A stretch of 64,000 nucleotides of DNA from Botryllus schlosseri (taxonomy: Eukaryota), in NCBI GenBank assembly GCA_051294905.1, contig CM119384.1, positions 5,456,001 to 5,520,000 of the forward strand. The letters run 5' to 3'. Within the stretch, counting starts at the first letter, position 1; the number at the start of each line of letters is the position of its first letter. Below, in pieces: positions 11,763 to 24,348 of the stretch. Both the position numbers and the translations under genes were made by a program. The notes beneath the pieces are model-generated. The model worked only from the letters and a program-made list of their open reading frames with translations. It did not search any database and had not been told where the DNA came from.

Positions 11763-11926
11763 GATGTCGATCCGGATAGTGGAATACCAGTGTATCACGA
11801 ATGCTTCGGACGGGGTTACGGAATATTATATCCAAAGGTTTACGTAACGCCGAATTCAGCTTGCATCTCGTGTAAGGACTGCGGTTACATGTACAGTCCG
11901 CAGCGTTTCATCACTCATTCGGACAG
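11763..11926 (+). CDS. SKI: SKI coding exon 4 (SAND domain: VYHECFGRGYG...ACISCKDC...FITHSD)
   Basis: attccag acceptor, AG|gtatgt donor; 164 nt, phase 0/2. Confidence 0.95.
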
Positions 11927-12849
11927 GTATGTGATTTGCCATTTGTCTACACGGTTAAGCTAGTCAGTTCTCTGAAAATTCTACTGTCCAAGTGCGTTAG
12001 TGTCCTTGATGTTGACTCATTTATTTGTTTTCGCTTCGTACAAAAATGAGCTCGGAGGCATCAATTTTCACCAGCGTCACGTAACGATCTCGAATATTCA
12101 AATGTCATAATGTCACCGGCCATTATCGATATAATCATTTGGCGCATTGTATTTATTTTCGGTCACCCAACGGATGGCACATGGGCCTACTTAATTTTGG
12201 CATTGCTGCAGAATTTCGTGTCCTTTATGCTTGGAAATTGTGCAAGAAAATCGCCGCTGATTGTTGTGCGCCTTTCCAGCGAATAGTGTCCGGGTGTGCG
12301 TAGATTCAATCGCTGCTGCGAGATATTTTGCAAATAAGAGTGATTCATAAAGAGTTCCCCTGAGTGAAAGCCAAATCCGTCACGGTATTAGTCCCGATTT
12401 GGATTTGCTACATTTATGTTGGCTCCACCCGAATACTTTTCGTGTATACGCATCCCGCTGCAGTGCGTATATACAATTGTACACCGCGAAACGTCTTCCA
12501 CGTAATTTAACGTACAGCCTTTACGAATAAATAAGCCTTCCTGTTATTTCTTCTCAAACTTTCGGAGGTGCGCTCCTTCGACATTATGTTGTGATTGTTG
12601 AGACTCGAAGTTCATTTTATTATATGTTAATTATGCTAGGTCGCTACCGCGGAAGTCGGTTGATATTGTATCCAGGTGGCACAGAACAGTACATTCCTAT
12701 TTTCATATTGTTATATTTTTGATAAGAGGCACGCGAAAAGTTCTAATCAACAAAATATGAATGTTCTGTTAAAAGCAGTATTTGATGTCTTAGTAAATGA
12801 CCCAAGTAAGAGCAGGTCGTCAGGTCAGAAAAATCGAACGGAAATAACA

Positions 12850-13085
12850 CTCCAGCTAGAAAATTTTCAGCTTTATTTCCAAATTATAATAGAATCAGAA
12901 TCAGAGTTACTGAATTTGCGCAAACTCGGAAATTGAATCACGCACATCTCCTATCGAATAGTTCATTCTCACGAAGCGAGAGAATGGCTGATGTCTGCGC
13001 AGCAAGCTTGGCGTGTTTCGCACTATACAGTTCTGTACCATTTTCAGGAAAACTAGAAACTAGATTAAAATTAAAATTAGAGCAA
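12850..13085 (-). repeat. Dispersed repeat family 2 (core gaaaatggtacagaactgtatagtgcgaaac...aattctaattct...aatttggaaa)
   Basis: Related copies seen by eye at about 20090-20160, 20790-20880, 23700-23760, 23985-24420, 26010-26130, 27105-27190, 29290-29630, 37100-37230 and 61600-61740. No clear TIR or TSD. Confidence 0.7.
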
Positions 13086-13123
13086 AGAAACATTTCGCGT
13101 CATCGCCTTGCAACTCCTTGCAG

Positions 13124-13334
13124 GTCGTTCGAGAAGAGAACGTGTCACTGGGGCTTCGACCCCGACAACTGGCGAAGCTATCTGTTGCTGCCGAAGGATT
13201 TGGAGGGTCCCAAACGGGAAGAATATCAGAAGGCTCTCGATCACGCCAAGGCTCGCTTCGGCAGAGACGACGGATTGTCGCAGCAGCAGAGCCGAGGCAA
13301 CGGAAGTCCGCCTGCCGCAAGCAAGCGGAGAATA
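13124..13334 (+). CDS. SKI: SKI coding exon 5 (end of SAND: RTCHWGFDPDNWRSYLLL...SKRRI)
   Basis: ccttgcag acceptor, ATA|gtgggt donor; 211 nt, phase 2/0; conserved RTCHWGFD..NWR.Y.LL. Confidence 0.93.
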
Positions 13335-16300
13335 GTGGGTGTTTTTTTTTGCCACACCTCGCTAATAGTATCGATGTGATCACGAGCTAAAAAACTGCAT
13401 ACCTACGTTAGCTGCATATAGTGTACCGGTATATAATATAATCTAGTATCCTGTAACAGTGTATCTTATTCGAATACGAAACCAGCTGTGAACTAGTGCC
13501 ATAAATCGGTGAGATATCGGCTCTATCCAGGGTTGTCATCACCGTTTTGACAAGGGTCAAAGGACCGTTAAGTATTCTCGAAGCAGTTTAACCGCGAAAT
13601 ATGTAAGGTGGTGACCGAGACTTTGAAGAGCTTCTTGGTTGGTGCAGAACTTCAATATGCAATTGAATAATATATTCATGTTGAAATGAACCCGAATATT
13701 TTCGGCTCACTGTCGTCAGATGTAATCGTATGGAACTAGTAGAGAATCGGAAATAACATTGTATATCAACAAGACTTTGTCCTTCAGAATACAGACAAAT
13801 ACTAGAAATAAGGACGGTACGGCAACCCTGGATATCGCTCGCTCGATAATTGAGCAAAATGGTCGGGAAAAAACGCTCGGGAATTCGCGGAACCTCGCCT
13901 CCGTTTTGATATGTCGAATAATATGCGGAAACTTCCTATTCTATAGCAGCGCAATCGTAGGCTTTTTCCGAGAACCCCGCTTTTGGCGTGTGCGCGATAA
14001 GGTCATTGTGACGTGTCGGCTGTCGTCTGCGTGCGAAGGCCGCACGGCCAGGCCGCGTGATGTGGTTTCGTTCCCGTTACTGTACTCGGGGACTGCCCGT
14101 CGCGGTTTCATTTCTTCGGTAATTGCTACGCGCTGTCGTTACGATGATGTGCTATCTGGACGCGATCGGGGATGTGTATTTCCCTGATGCATATATAGGT
14201 CATGCGGATTTACGGCTTCCGAATGCCTTTTCTGGGCCTGCATTGATATCATTCCTTCACATCGTGCTGGACAGTTCATAGTGTGGGATTCTTTTCCTCA
14301 AGTAGACTGCTGCGAACACGGAACAGACCGTCGCTAATGCGATTGTTTTTGCGATCTGCGGATTTAGGGTCTTTAATCAATCCAGACTAGACTAATGCGA
14401 TTTAAGCCTCCCGCAAATGGACGGTGTGGGAATTGGAATAATAGTAGATATCAAAACATAACAACTCACTGATCTGATGAAGTATTGAATTTTGCGTCCG
14501 CTACCCGTGGTTCTTAGTCTCAGGCGCGTTAAATTCCTATGAGTTTATGGATTTTGTCATGCCAGGCATATATCCGGAACATAAAGTTTGATATCGGAGA
14601 TACTCAAGCTCATTGATACAAAATTTGATGTTGTGATCACAAAATTTGGTGTTGTGATGATGTCTTGTTACTAAAATGACCCGGACCATCTCAGTAACGC
14701 GAATTTTCGGAATGGTCGCAATGATCGATAATTTTCCGCTTCCTTTAGAAACCGATTTTCGCGATAGATTTTCCGACACGTTTTATGCGATTTCGGACCG
14801 CCGCGAGAATTGGTGTAATCGCGAATATTCCGGTCACAACGGTTCCGCGAAAAGCATTCCTGCATCTGCGTGTAATCGATCTTACTAGCGCGATTTGCTC
14901 GATACCGGAATTTAGCCGATCACACGGGCTTGTGACGAAATCGGATTTGTGACGTAGCGCCTTTGGAGCTCCGGCATATCGGCCGGATAGGCTAGACCGG
15001 ATGAGTTGGTCGATTTTCGTCCTAGCTTTTAAATGAATTGGTAGATGGTAGTGTTAATCCGCTTTTTGGTCGCTTAACAAGTAGCGTTGCTTTGCTATGT
15101 AGGTGTGGTGTAGCCCTATGATTTGAGGTAGCCAGCTTCGAAGCGCTTTCCTCGTCGTGGATGACGTATTTGCTGACGTACGCGCACTGTGACGTAACGT
15201 ATATTTACATAAATGTCACCGACAAAACTTGTGGTTGGAGTCTTGGTGCCGGGAACAATCGGCTCTCCTGGCTCCTCCATGTAATTTGGAAAGATGAAAA
15301 ATTTTCCGGTTCTCCAATGCTGGCAGCAACACATTTCAGGCATTATTAGGTTATATTATGATCCATATTTTCATTGTTATCCTTAGATTACATAATGATT
15401 GTGTATATAATAAAGAACCCCCCCCCCCTTTTTACGATACTGTCCCTGCCCGCTCAGTGTTATGCAATGCGCATCGCACATTAATAGCCGTTATATACTG
15501 CGGTGTCAATCTGGGTATCAGTTTCCGAGCCATTTTTGTGGATGATGCTGAATTTAAGTAGTCTGAATCGCCCGCCAGCAACACAATCGTTTCATCGCCG
15601 GCGTCTAGACGAGGTTGCGAGCAGCGCGCGGAATGCGGTTCTTTTGGTTGCGTTCCTTCGTAAAAGCGCTTCAACAGGCTACGCGGTGACACTCGATGAC
15701 CGCGCGATCGCCAGTCCGCCGTTATTGACCTCTAGCATTGAGCCGTAGGCTAAACATCGTTTTTGACCTGTCGCCTAGAAATAGTTTTTTTTTTTGTCCG
15801 TTACAGCATTAGGTACGGCCGTCATTCACCCGTGTTATGCACAGCTCTGTTGCAGTATTCAAATTTGTACCTTTACAAAATGATGCTGATTCGGCTTGTA
15901 TTCACCCCGGTGCTGATCTATCACTATTACTTTTCGAAACGATGCCTTTTGCGATCGATTCATCTCAGTTAGCGAGATCTGAAGCTTCTTGCGGTCTGCG
16001 GCTTATAATTACTGATGCGTGACGCGTGTTCTATGGTGTGTTCGTAGTCAGTGTTATTGAAATGCATCACTTTTTGACTTTTACTATATTCAGTCGATGA
16101 AATTGCCGCAAATAAACAGCATGGCGCCTAGATTTTAGCTTACACGGTGCGAATCTTCTTTTTGAATGATGAAGCGAGAGGTATTTGGACCTGGGCGATT
16201 CGATATTGGGATCATCCGAGTCGAAACGCGGTGACTCACCGTCAATTTGTCTGATCCGGCGTTGGCGACTTACCCCGTTTCGCTCTTGCGCAAACACGGC

Positions 16301-16824
16301 CCGTACTTTGCATACAGCCGACTGTGGTGTGGGGATACGCCACGGCAGACTTGTAAAAGGTGTCTCGGCGGGCGGGGCATGAGAGTTCGACCAGTCTACT
16401 GTTATCATAAATTTCCGACCAATGTCGCTTGGCCAATGACACGCAGTTGATAGTGCCTCACCGGCAGCGAGGCCTCAGACAGTCCGTTTCGAAAGCTCTG
16501 TTGGAATTCGAGAGGAGCACGGGTCGATAGTGTTATCGAGTTATTTGCGCTGTCGCGTAATAATTAATCTAAAGTCGATGCATTGCTAGCTCTTGCGCTC
16601 GAGAGCACATACGGTGGAGACTGGCCGTACACCCGGGTGAACCCGCTACGAACTTGATCAAACCCTCCCGCTGTCTGCTATCTTGGTGACGCGTCTTAGA
16701 TTTTTAACTATTTCCGGGCTGTTTACGACTCCCACGTGACTATAAAGGTTGTGCTGTTGAAGCGGACATTGGTTGTCGTCTTGTCAGTCCGTGAATTTGC
16801 TGAAGATTTAGCAGAATAAGTAAC

Positions 16825-17572
16825 AAAACACTTGAGTTTCTAGTTGTGAATTAAGAACTTATAGGCAAGACCACAATTTAGGGAAATGAGCTGGAAGTGG
16901 GCCACTGAAAATATTTGCTAGATCAACCAGGGCCTACGATACTCTGCGATATGTATCGTAGGCCCCGGATCAACATAAAATCGAATATGCAACTTCGAAA
17001 TAATTGTTTCCTCGCTGGGCGCGATAATGTCGACAACAATATGGGTGCCAAGACCGACATTTTTGGGAACTGATACTCTCCTAGCGGGTCCCCGACTAGG
17101 GAAAAGGATGGGAACCTCTGGCGTATAATAGGGTTACCATATTTTGGAAATCTAAAACGAGGACACTTTCAGAATGTTCAGACTTGCACACGGTTGTGCA
17201 AGTCTGAACATTCTGAAAGTGTCCTCGTTTTAGATTTCCAAAATATGGTAACCCCTATTATACGCCAGAGGTTCCCATCCTTTTCCCTAGTCGGGGACCC
17301 CGCTAGGAGAGTATCAGTTCCCAAAAATGTCGGTCTTGGCACATATTGTTGTCGACATTATCGCGCCCAGCGAGGAAACAATTATTCTCGAAGTTGCATA
17401 TTCGATTTCTTATGTTGATCCGGGGCCTACGATACATAATCGCCAGACGTATCGTAGGCCCTGGTTGATCTAGCAAATATATTCAAGAGGCCCACTTCCA
17501 GCTCAATTTCCCTAAATTGTGGTCTTGCCTATAAGTTCTTAATTCACAACCTAGAAACCTCCAAGTAGTTTT
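16825..17572. repeat. Near-perfect ~745-bp palindrome (two ~365-bp arms, 4-nt loop cggt at 17191-17194)
   Basis: The arms are reverse complements with only scattered substitutions and indels; the centre reads ...gacttgcaca-cggt-tgtgcaagtc... Confidence 0.97.
16928..16967. mobile_element. TIR-only mini-element (CRGGGCCTACGATAC...GTATCGTAGGCCCCG), mirrored at 17421-17463
   Basis: 7-bp direct repeats gatcaac at 16921-27 and 16968-74 (gttgatc in the mirror copy). Confidence 0.8.
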
Positions 17573-20500
17573 GAATTTGAAACGTGCGATATGAAAAATC
17601 CAGGGTGGAAGCTATTCGGGCCTGACCACTGACCGCTGTTTGCTGCTCAAAATCTACTGGAATAAATTTTGATTCGCCATCTGACTACGAATTAGCGCGC
17701 TCTTGAAACGCGTAATAAGGGACCCCGCCGGTTTGGCCAATTTTCAGTAATTGCCCGTTTTCGGCGTATGGTTCCGCAGCGTTCGTCAGCGGCGCGTATA
17801 ATGACCCCAGCCGCAATGAGTTTAGCCTTTTTTCCACGAATTCCGCTGGCTCCGCGACTTGTTGCGGTATTTTCGTGCGGAATCGATCACGAACCTTGCA
17901 TCGCGCCGTTCGAAATCGCCGTCTTTCAGCGGTCTCTTCTCGCCTCCCGCCCGAGCGCGTGTTCGCAGAGGGCATGCTGATTGAATTATCCTAATAGGAT
18001 TAAGCCGCGCGAATGGTTATTGAAGGGAATGTGCGGGCGTGGCTGTTTTCGGTGCGCGAGGCGCGGCGCGGTCCTGCGGTCCGTTCGCCTCGCCAGCTTG
18101 GCGTACGCGTTACCGCTGTAATCTGCGTTCGGCGTCGGGTTGTCTGATCCTGTTGTGATTTCCAACAGGCCGTGAGCATTTCGCGGTGCAGTGCGCAAAG
18201 CTAGCATGCCGGCGTTATCTAATTTTTTCCAATGTCAGATGTCTGGTTTGTTACGTACCTACCGTCTATCCGCATACCGAGAGACACACTTGCAAATCGT
18301 ATCAACTGTTGATGTGCAATGTTCTTTTGAATTCTCTACTAGTTGCTGACGCCCTGAAGAGTGTCAGTCGAAAATATTCTAGTTTATTCCGATATGAATA
18401 TAATTTTCAATTGCACACTGAAGTCCTGTATCTCCACGAATCTCTTCATATCATTAAAATGTAGCAACAATTATATAAACTGCTCAGCCTAGTGTCGTTG
18501 ATTTGTGTAAGTTTGACTTGCGGAGCTGCCTCAAAATCGCGTGGATATTACACTTGATTATTACTTGATTCGACTGTCGCGGATTCGACAGACGTAACGG
18601 ACTAACGGGTGCCTTTGAAGGGCAATCACACAGTAGTGATGCGGGTACTTATTTGCTGAAACAAGTAGTGGCAGAGTTCAACCCCAATATTTTTTTCAAT
18701 TATGAGCGGAAGAGAAACTGGCCATCTTTTTATCGCCACTGTTCAAGATATCGTTATCCGCATTTTCAGAACCGACCTTCGCCATTGCGTATATATTTGC
18801 GGCACTGTGTAGTGTGTAAACGTTGCTTGTTAACCCAGGGCTGGCGTGAAAAATCTGATACTCAACTGATAATAGAGTGGTACGCAGGAAACGAATCAGA
18901 GATTACACGTCCAGGGATGGTCGACATCGCAAATTCGCCCGTGCATAGGAAGTACGCTGATGACGAATGGCGCGTGATAGAGCTTCCTGTTGCGAAAATC
19001 CCGAAATTACTAACGAGCGCGCACATCTGCGCAGGGGATTAGTTGTACATCGTACAATGAGAAGCCCTAACGATAACATGCCCCTCTTGATAGCGCTCTC
19101 ACGGAAAAAGAAGTCGCTATACGCCATGCTTACTGTTCAAACTGGAGTTACACGATACATAATGAAATTTACCGGAACAAATTATTATCGGACTGGATTG
19201 TAGGTGTCTTGAAGGTACACAACTTCAGTATGCAATTGAATATTATATTGGTATTGAAATAAACCCGAATATTTTAGGCTGACACTCGTACATGTGGTAA
19301 TCATCTGCAACTAGTAGAGACTGGATTGTTTTGATTCGCTTTCTCGGCTTGTTTCGATGCTTATACAGTAAAAGTCGTTTTGAAGGCGTTAGTTTGGCAT
19401 TGGCAACATTTGGCTTCACTTCGCTACTCTTTTAGTCACTGTGACGCACACATATCTCTTTTTAGTCGATGTCACACTCACGTCACGTTCCAAGATTCAT
19501 TACTATTGAAATGAAACATTCGCGCTTGCATTGTGGCACGTTGCCAAGTCTGTTGTTGTGACTCAACGCGACTGCTTGTACGCTGTCGCTGGCTGCAGGA
19601 AAACTCATGAATTTCTAATGCACACCGGGCGTGATAACGCGACGCCGCTTCCGCTGTGATGCTGGCGGACCTTGTAAGCAACTTTCGGTCCAGATATTGT
19701 GACGCAATACTTGACGTTATGCGGTGGGATGTTACTGTCGTCCGCTACGTTCCGAAATATCACTGCGAGATAATGACTGGTCTCATCTCTCTATGCAACA
19801 TCTAATGAAGTCGCGCGGTTTTGGTTGTTGTGTGCTAAATTCGGGTCTTTTCTCAAGTATTGCACTACGAGCGGCAATCAACGTGCACGTGGATTTGATA
19901 ATAATATGTTGCGCCGGGTTGAGTGTTGAATATATTTCGAATATTGTATCAGTTTTATTGTAATGTTATGAAATATTCATTCTGAAACACTGTGCAGTGA
20001 AAATATATTCACCCTTGGTCGTTTTGAATGTTTTTCTTATGTACTGGGCCGCACGTAAACGAGGCAACCATGCAGACTTGTGCAACTAGAGAATGTTCAG
20101 CTTTTCCAAATTACATTAGAATTACAGAATTGCAAAACCTTTAAAATTGAATTTATTGCCACAATAGAAGGAAAAGTAACAAAGCCTGCAGCCATATTCC
20201 CAGTCGATTATAAGAGCCATGATCTGTGACGTCACAGTCCGGAACGGGCGTGTTGCTTTTGTTGACGGGCCGTGTTATCCGCGTCTTTTGACCGTGTTGC
20301 CTGTGAAATCGAGGTCTCTCGAGTGCAAGTTGAAATCTTGTAGCAAAACAAGTGCTCGGCGCGTTTCGAAAACAAGTCGCCTGTCCAAGACAAACGTCTG
20401 AAGTCAGTTTCGTTTCGTACGGAGCAAACAAACCGCTAAGAGTCTCTGTGATGGATTGGCGATCGCGCGGCTGCCTCTGACTTGTTTGTCGATTTGAACC

Positions 20501-21659
20501 GCGACTGGCGCTGAATCGTGATTCTGTCGCGCCTCTCTCGATGGTGGTCTCTGCCAAATACAATTTGTGTTAGCCTTTCCGGCAAAGCGAACGCAGGCCT
20601 TGGGCTACAGTAAATCCGGCCGCGATTTTAACACTAGCGGCACGATCGTACGATACGCGATGTGGATTGCGAAAGATGTGGCGCAAGCCGTTGGAAAAAG
20701 CGAAACTAATCTTTTTCCATTTGCGTCATCGTGTATGCTGCGAAACAACGGTTGATGTCGAGATGAAAATTGGAGCCATACATTTAGATTAAACGAGAAT
20801 TACAGCTAGCAGCTACACTGATTTTTTCCAAATTAGATTATAATTAAAATTACGGAATCAGCAAAAACTAATTATATTACTTCGTTTCGATATAGTTAGT
20901 CAATTTCGATAACTGGGATTGTCTAGTTGTCCGAGATGTGTGGCTTAATTTCTTCGTTCTTTGCCCAAAGTCTTGCGTCCCTTGTAGGAAAACGGACTCG
21001 CTTCGGTGGTGAAGTCGAAGTCAAGTGCTGTGTACGGGAATAACAGCCGCATCCACACGATATAACCGTGCGTCGGTGTTTCTTTATCAAAATAGCGCTA
21101 AGATTGCCTTGCTGCTGTTGACTCATGCGATCGGGATTTTGGTTACGATCCGTGTGCTGTACTGCGCCGTGCGCTTCTGGAAACGATATTGTGGCTTTAA
21201 GACTTGGCGCTAGCACTGGCCTGTCGCAGAGATGGTCAGAGTAGACAGTGTTTCTATTAGAGATAACGCCATAATTTTTACTCAATTATAAGTAGAAGTA
21301 GTGATTTTCAGGACATGTGAAAACTGCATCCGCGGATGTTTAATAAAAATTGAAAGACCCTAGGATTGTAGTCGATGCCTCGCATATTTCTATCTGTTAA
21401 TCGGCGGTGGTTGCGGTTTCATTCGAAATTGCGAGATGTATCTTCGAGACTAACGAAAAAAGAATGGATGTCGCTACAAATAGGCACAGTCTTAGAAGAT
21501 GTATTGAGCAGTAACTGTGGTTGCTTTGTTATTTTAATTGATATACATTTTAATAATATATTCATATTACAACTATATTAAAACCCGAACCTTTTCGAGC
21601 CAACACTCTTCAGGGGTAATCGTCGGCATAAAGAGAATTTCAAAAACTTGCATATAACT

Positions 21660-22000
21660 ACATTGCATATAGCCAATTGTGATGAATAGTATTCATCTTG
21701 GAATGAGCCCGAATATTTTCGGCTGACACTCGTCAGGGGTAATCTTCAGCAACTAGTGGAGAATTGGAAAGAACACTGTATATCAGCAATCGTGTCACAA
21801 AGTATGACGTCACCAGCTATCTTATTCGAAATTTCATGCTGGTGACGTCACCTTTTGGGATAAGATTTTTGATATACACACAGTATTTTTTCCAACTCCT
21901 CCTAGTTGCTGACGATTACTCAGCGTAAAATATGCGGGATCATTTCAATGTGAATATACCATTCAATTGTATATTGAAGTTTTGCACCTCCAAGAAGCCT
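21660..22000. mobile_element. Paired L+R family-1 arms forming a long-TIR MITE-like unit
   Basis: Two ~130-bp inverted arms around an ~80-bp spacer. The same L-then-R pairing occurs at 38160-38330, 44855-45058 and 51065-51290. Confidence 0.7.
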
Positions 22001-24090
22001 TTTGCTATTTTACACGTAAGAGTGACGCAAAATAATCACAAAATCACTTTCTACTCGAAATCGAAAAAAGTATTTTTTTTTTCCCAAAGAGCTGTCGAAG
22101 TGGAAGTGGTCTGAAAACGTAACCAGTTGAGCACGCAGTACATAATTGGGCAAATCCTATTTGAGTACTTCGAAAAAGCGAAAGTACTTGGTTACCGACC
22201 ACCTCTGGTCTAATCTCCCAATACAGGTGTATTCTAGATTGAAGAATTGTTATACATGACATCATAAGGAAAAATAACACAAAACAATAATACACACCCT
22301 GTGCTACCAAGTTTATACGCCCGCCCTTACGCTGACCCGTGTGATTACTGACCGACGCATATTTCTGATCCCGCGCCACGGAGCCTAAGCCCGTTCTGGC
22401 ATATAGCGCCCTCCTCGCGACTGGCTATTTGTTTTTCGCGTTTGGTGTTGTGACTTTGCACAATTTGAACTCGCGGCAGTTTGGCGAGTGCGAACCGCAG
22501 AATGTGCTGCTTGCAATTCGTGGCGTTCGCTCATTTACGACCGTCTCTGCCTTTGATTTGGTGCCGTGCGATAGGTCGTCCGGAAGGAATTTTGAGATGT
22601 TCGCAGCGTGCGCTCGCAATCGGCGGCTTTCGCGCGCTGGATTGATTGGGCTTGATCTTGTTGCAGGACGCCGCCGCCGTGCAAGGCCCGGGGCTAAGCA
22701 GATCATGTTTGATCAACGCTGAATATTGTTTTGGTGTATCTTAACGACCGCCAACCGACACAGACCTGGACACTGGACAGCTAGATCGTCAGCTACTAGT
22801 GGCGAACTAGAACTGGATTACCCCAGACTGTGTCAGCCGAAAATATCAAGTTTCATTGCAATGTATTCAATATAAATATACTATACAAAATAGTTGAGTA
22901 GCCCTGCCTCCGTTTCAGTCCATAATAACCTAGACTCGTTGAGTCACGCAAAATTATGCGCGTGTTGTATTCCCTGTCATGGATCGCATCGCAAGCGGGG
23001 ATCCGCCCCTTTCTGCGATTGGCCGAGCCAAGGCGTAAACAAAAGGCGTACGAAAACTTGTAATTGGCCGTCTTCGATTATTGTTTCTTACTACAATAAA
23101 CGGTGCGACAGTGAACCGGACTGCTCTGGCTGTGTCGCGCCGGATGCGGCAGCTCCATTGTTTGACCGCTGCACTTCAGCGTTACACGACTATCTTGTTG
23201 GCCGGCGTGTAGATAGCTGCTGCGCGCTCACGTTTCGGAAACCTATTGTCGATAGCGGCGTCGATTTTCAAGTATTTCCCGCGGCGTCGACTTTTTAGCT
23301 GTCCTTCCTCGTTGCTGATGTTTCTTGCGAATTCATACCCTCACCCTATGCTATGTAACAAAGATTTGAATTGATCGGATTTGATGATTTTGAACGGATT
23401 TGGGTTCTAGACTGATTTGAAGATGGTCTTTAACATTAAATTCCTTGTAACTTCCCATTTACACTCGAATTTGTGATCGTATTCCAGCCATTTACGGGTT
23501 TAGTCGTGGTTCCTGTGGTGGCATAAACGGTACACATTTGAACGTTGACATAGTGCATTCTGTTGTTACTTCATAATGAGCGATACTAGACTCTACTCGA
23601 AGGTTAATACCCGATTCATAATCGAATCACTCGGGTACTCGATTTTGCCCAGCCCTAGTCAAGATACAAACAGACTTGGACAATTAGATAATTATAGTTG
23701 TCCGATTATAGCGAAATGTTAATTTGAATCTAATTGTGAAATGTTTCTGTGTCGTAATTGTCATTGTGATCACGTGGTTCCCAAACTTTTTGGCTCATCG
23801 CCCCCATATCAAACTCAACATGTCTTTATCGCCCCTATAGACGTCGTCAGTAAGGTCAACGTTCTACTGTTCCGCAGTATACAAGTAGGTTGTATCCACG
23901 TACGCAAGTAGTTTTGCTTGTATACTAGTTCTACATCGCACTTCTTCGGCCCCGTCTATCAAAATTGCCCCCACATTAGGTATGACTGTTCTAGTTTAAT
24001 TTCTGGTTTTTCTGAAAATGCAACAGAACTGTGCAGTTCAAAACGAGCCAAGGTTAAGACATTTTCTATTACCGTAAGTCAATTTCCCTG

Positions 24091-24348
24091 CAGAGGTGGT
24101 CAAAGTAGTCACCCTCGCTACTCAAGTAGAAGTAGAAGCAACGCCGGAATTTCTACTCAAGTAGAAGTGGTGGTTCAGAAATAAAAGTAAGTATGTATTA
24201 TACGGATATTTTTGCCTACAAGACTGAAAACTGTCAAGTAGAAGTAGAAATAGTCTAAAATCATACCTACTTAAAAAGTAGTGTGAGTAGAAAAAATCTA
24301 CTTCAAGCACTTCAAAAAGTAGATGTACTTCGTTACTGACCACCTCTG
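24091..24348. mobile_element. hAT-type MITE with AAGTAG repeats, inserted into a family-2 repeat
   Basis: 12-bp TIR cagaggtggtca; TSD tttccctg/tttcccag (7/8); related fragments at ~22180-22207, 39590-39650, 42470-42505 and 52655-52870. Confidence 0.85.

Noticed and set aside
23768-23830. hAT-like ends (gtggttcccaaactttt here; aagtttgggaacccctg at ~63330-63352)
   Set aside because: Unpaired fragments about 40 kb apart with no shared TSD; not one element.
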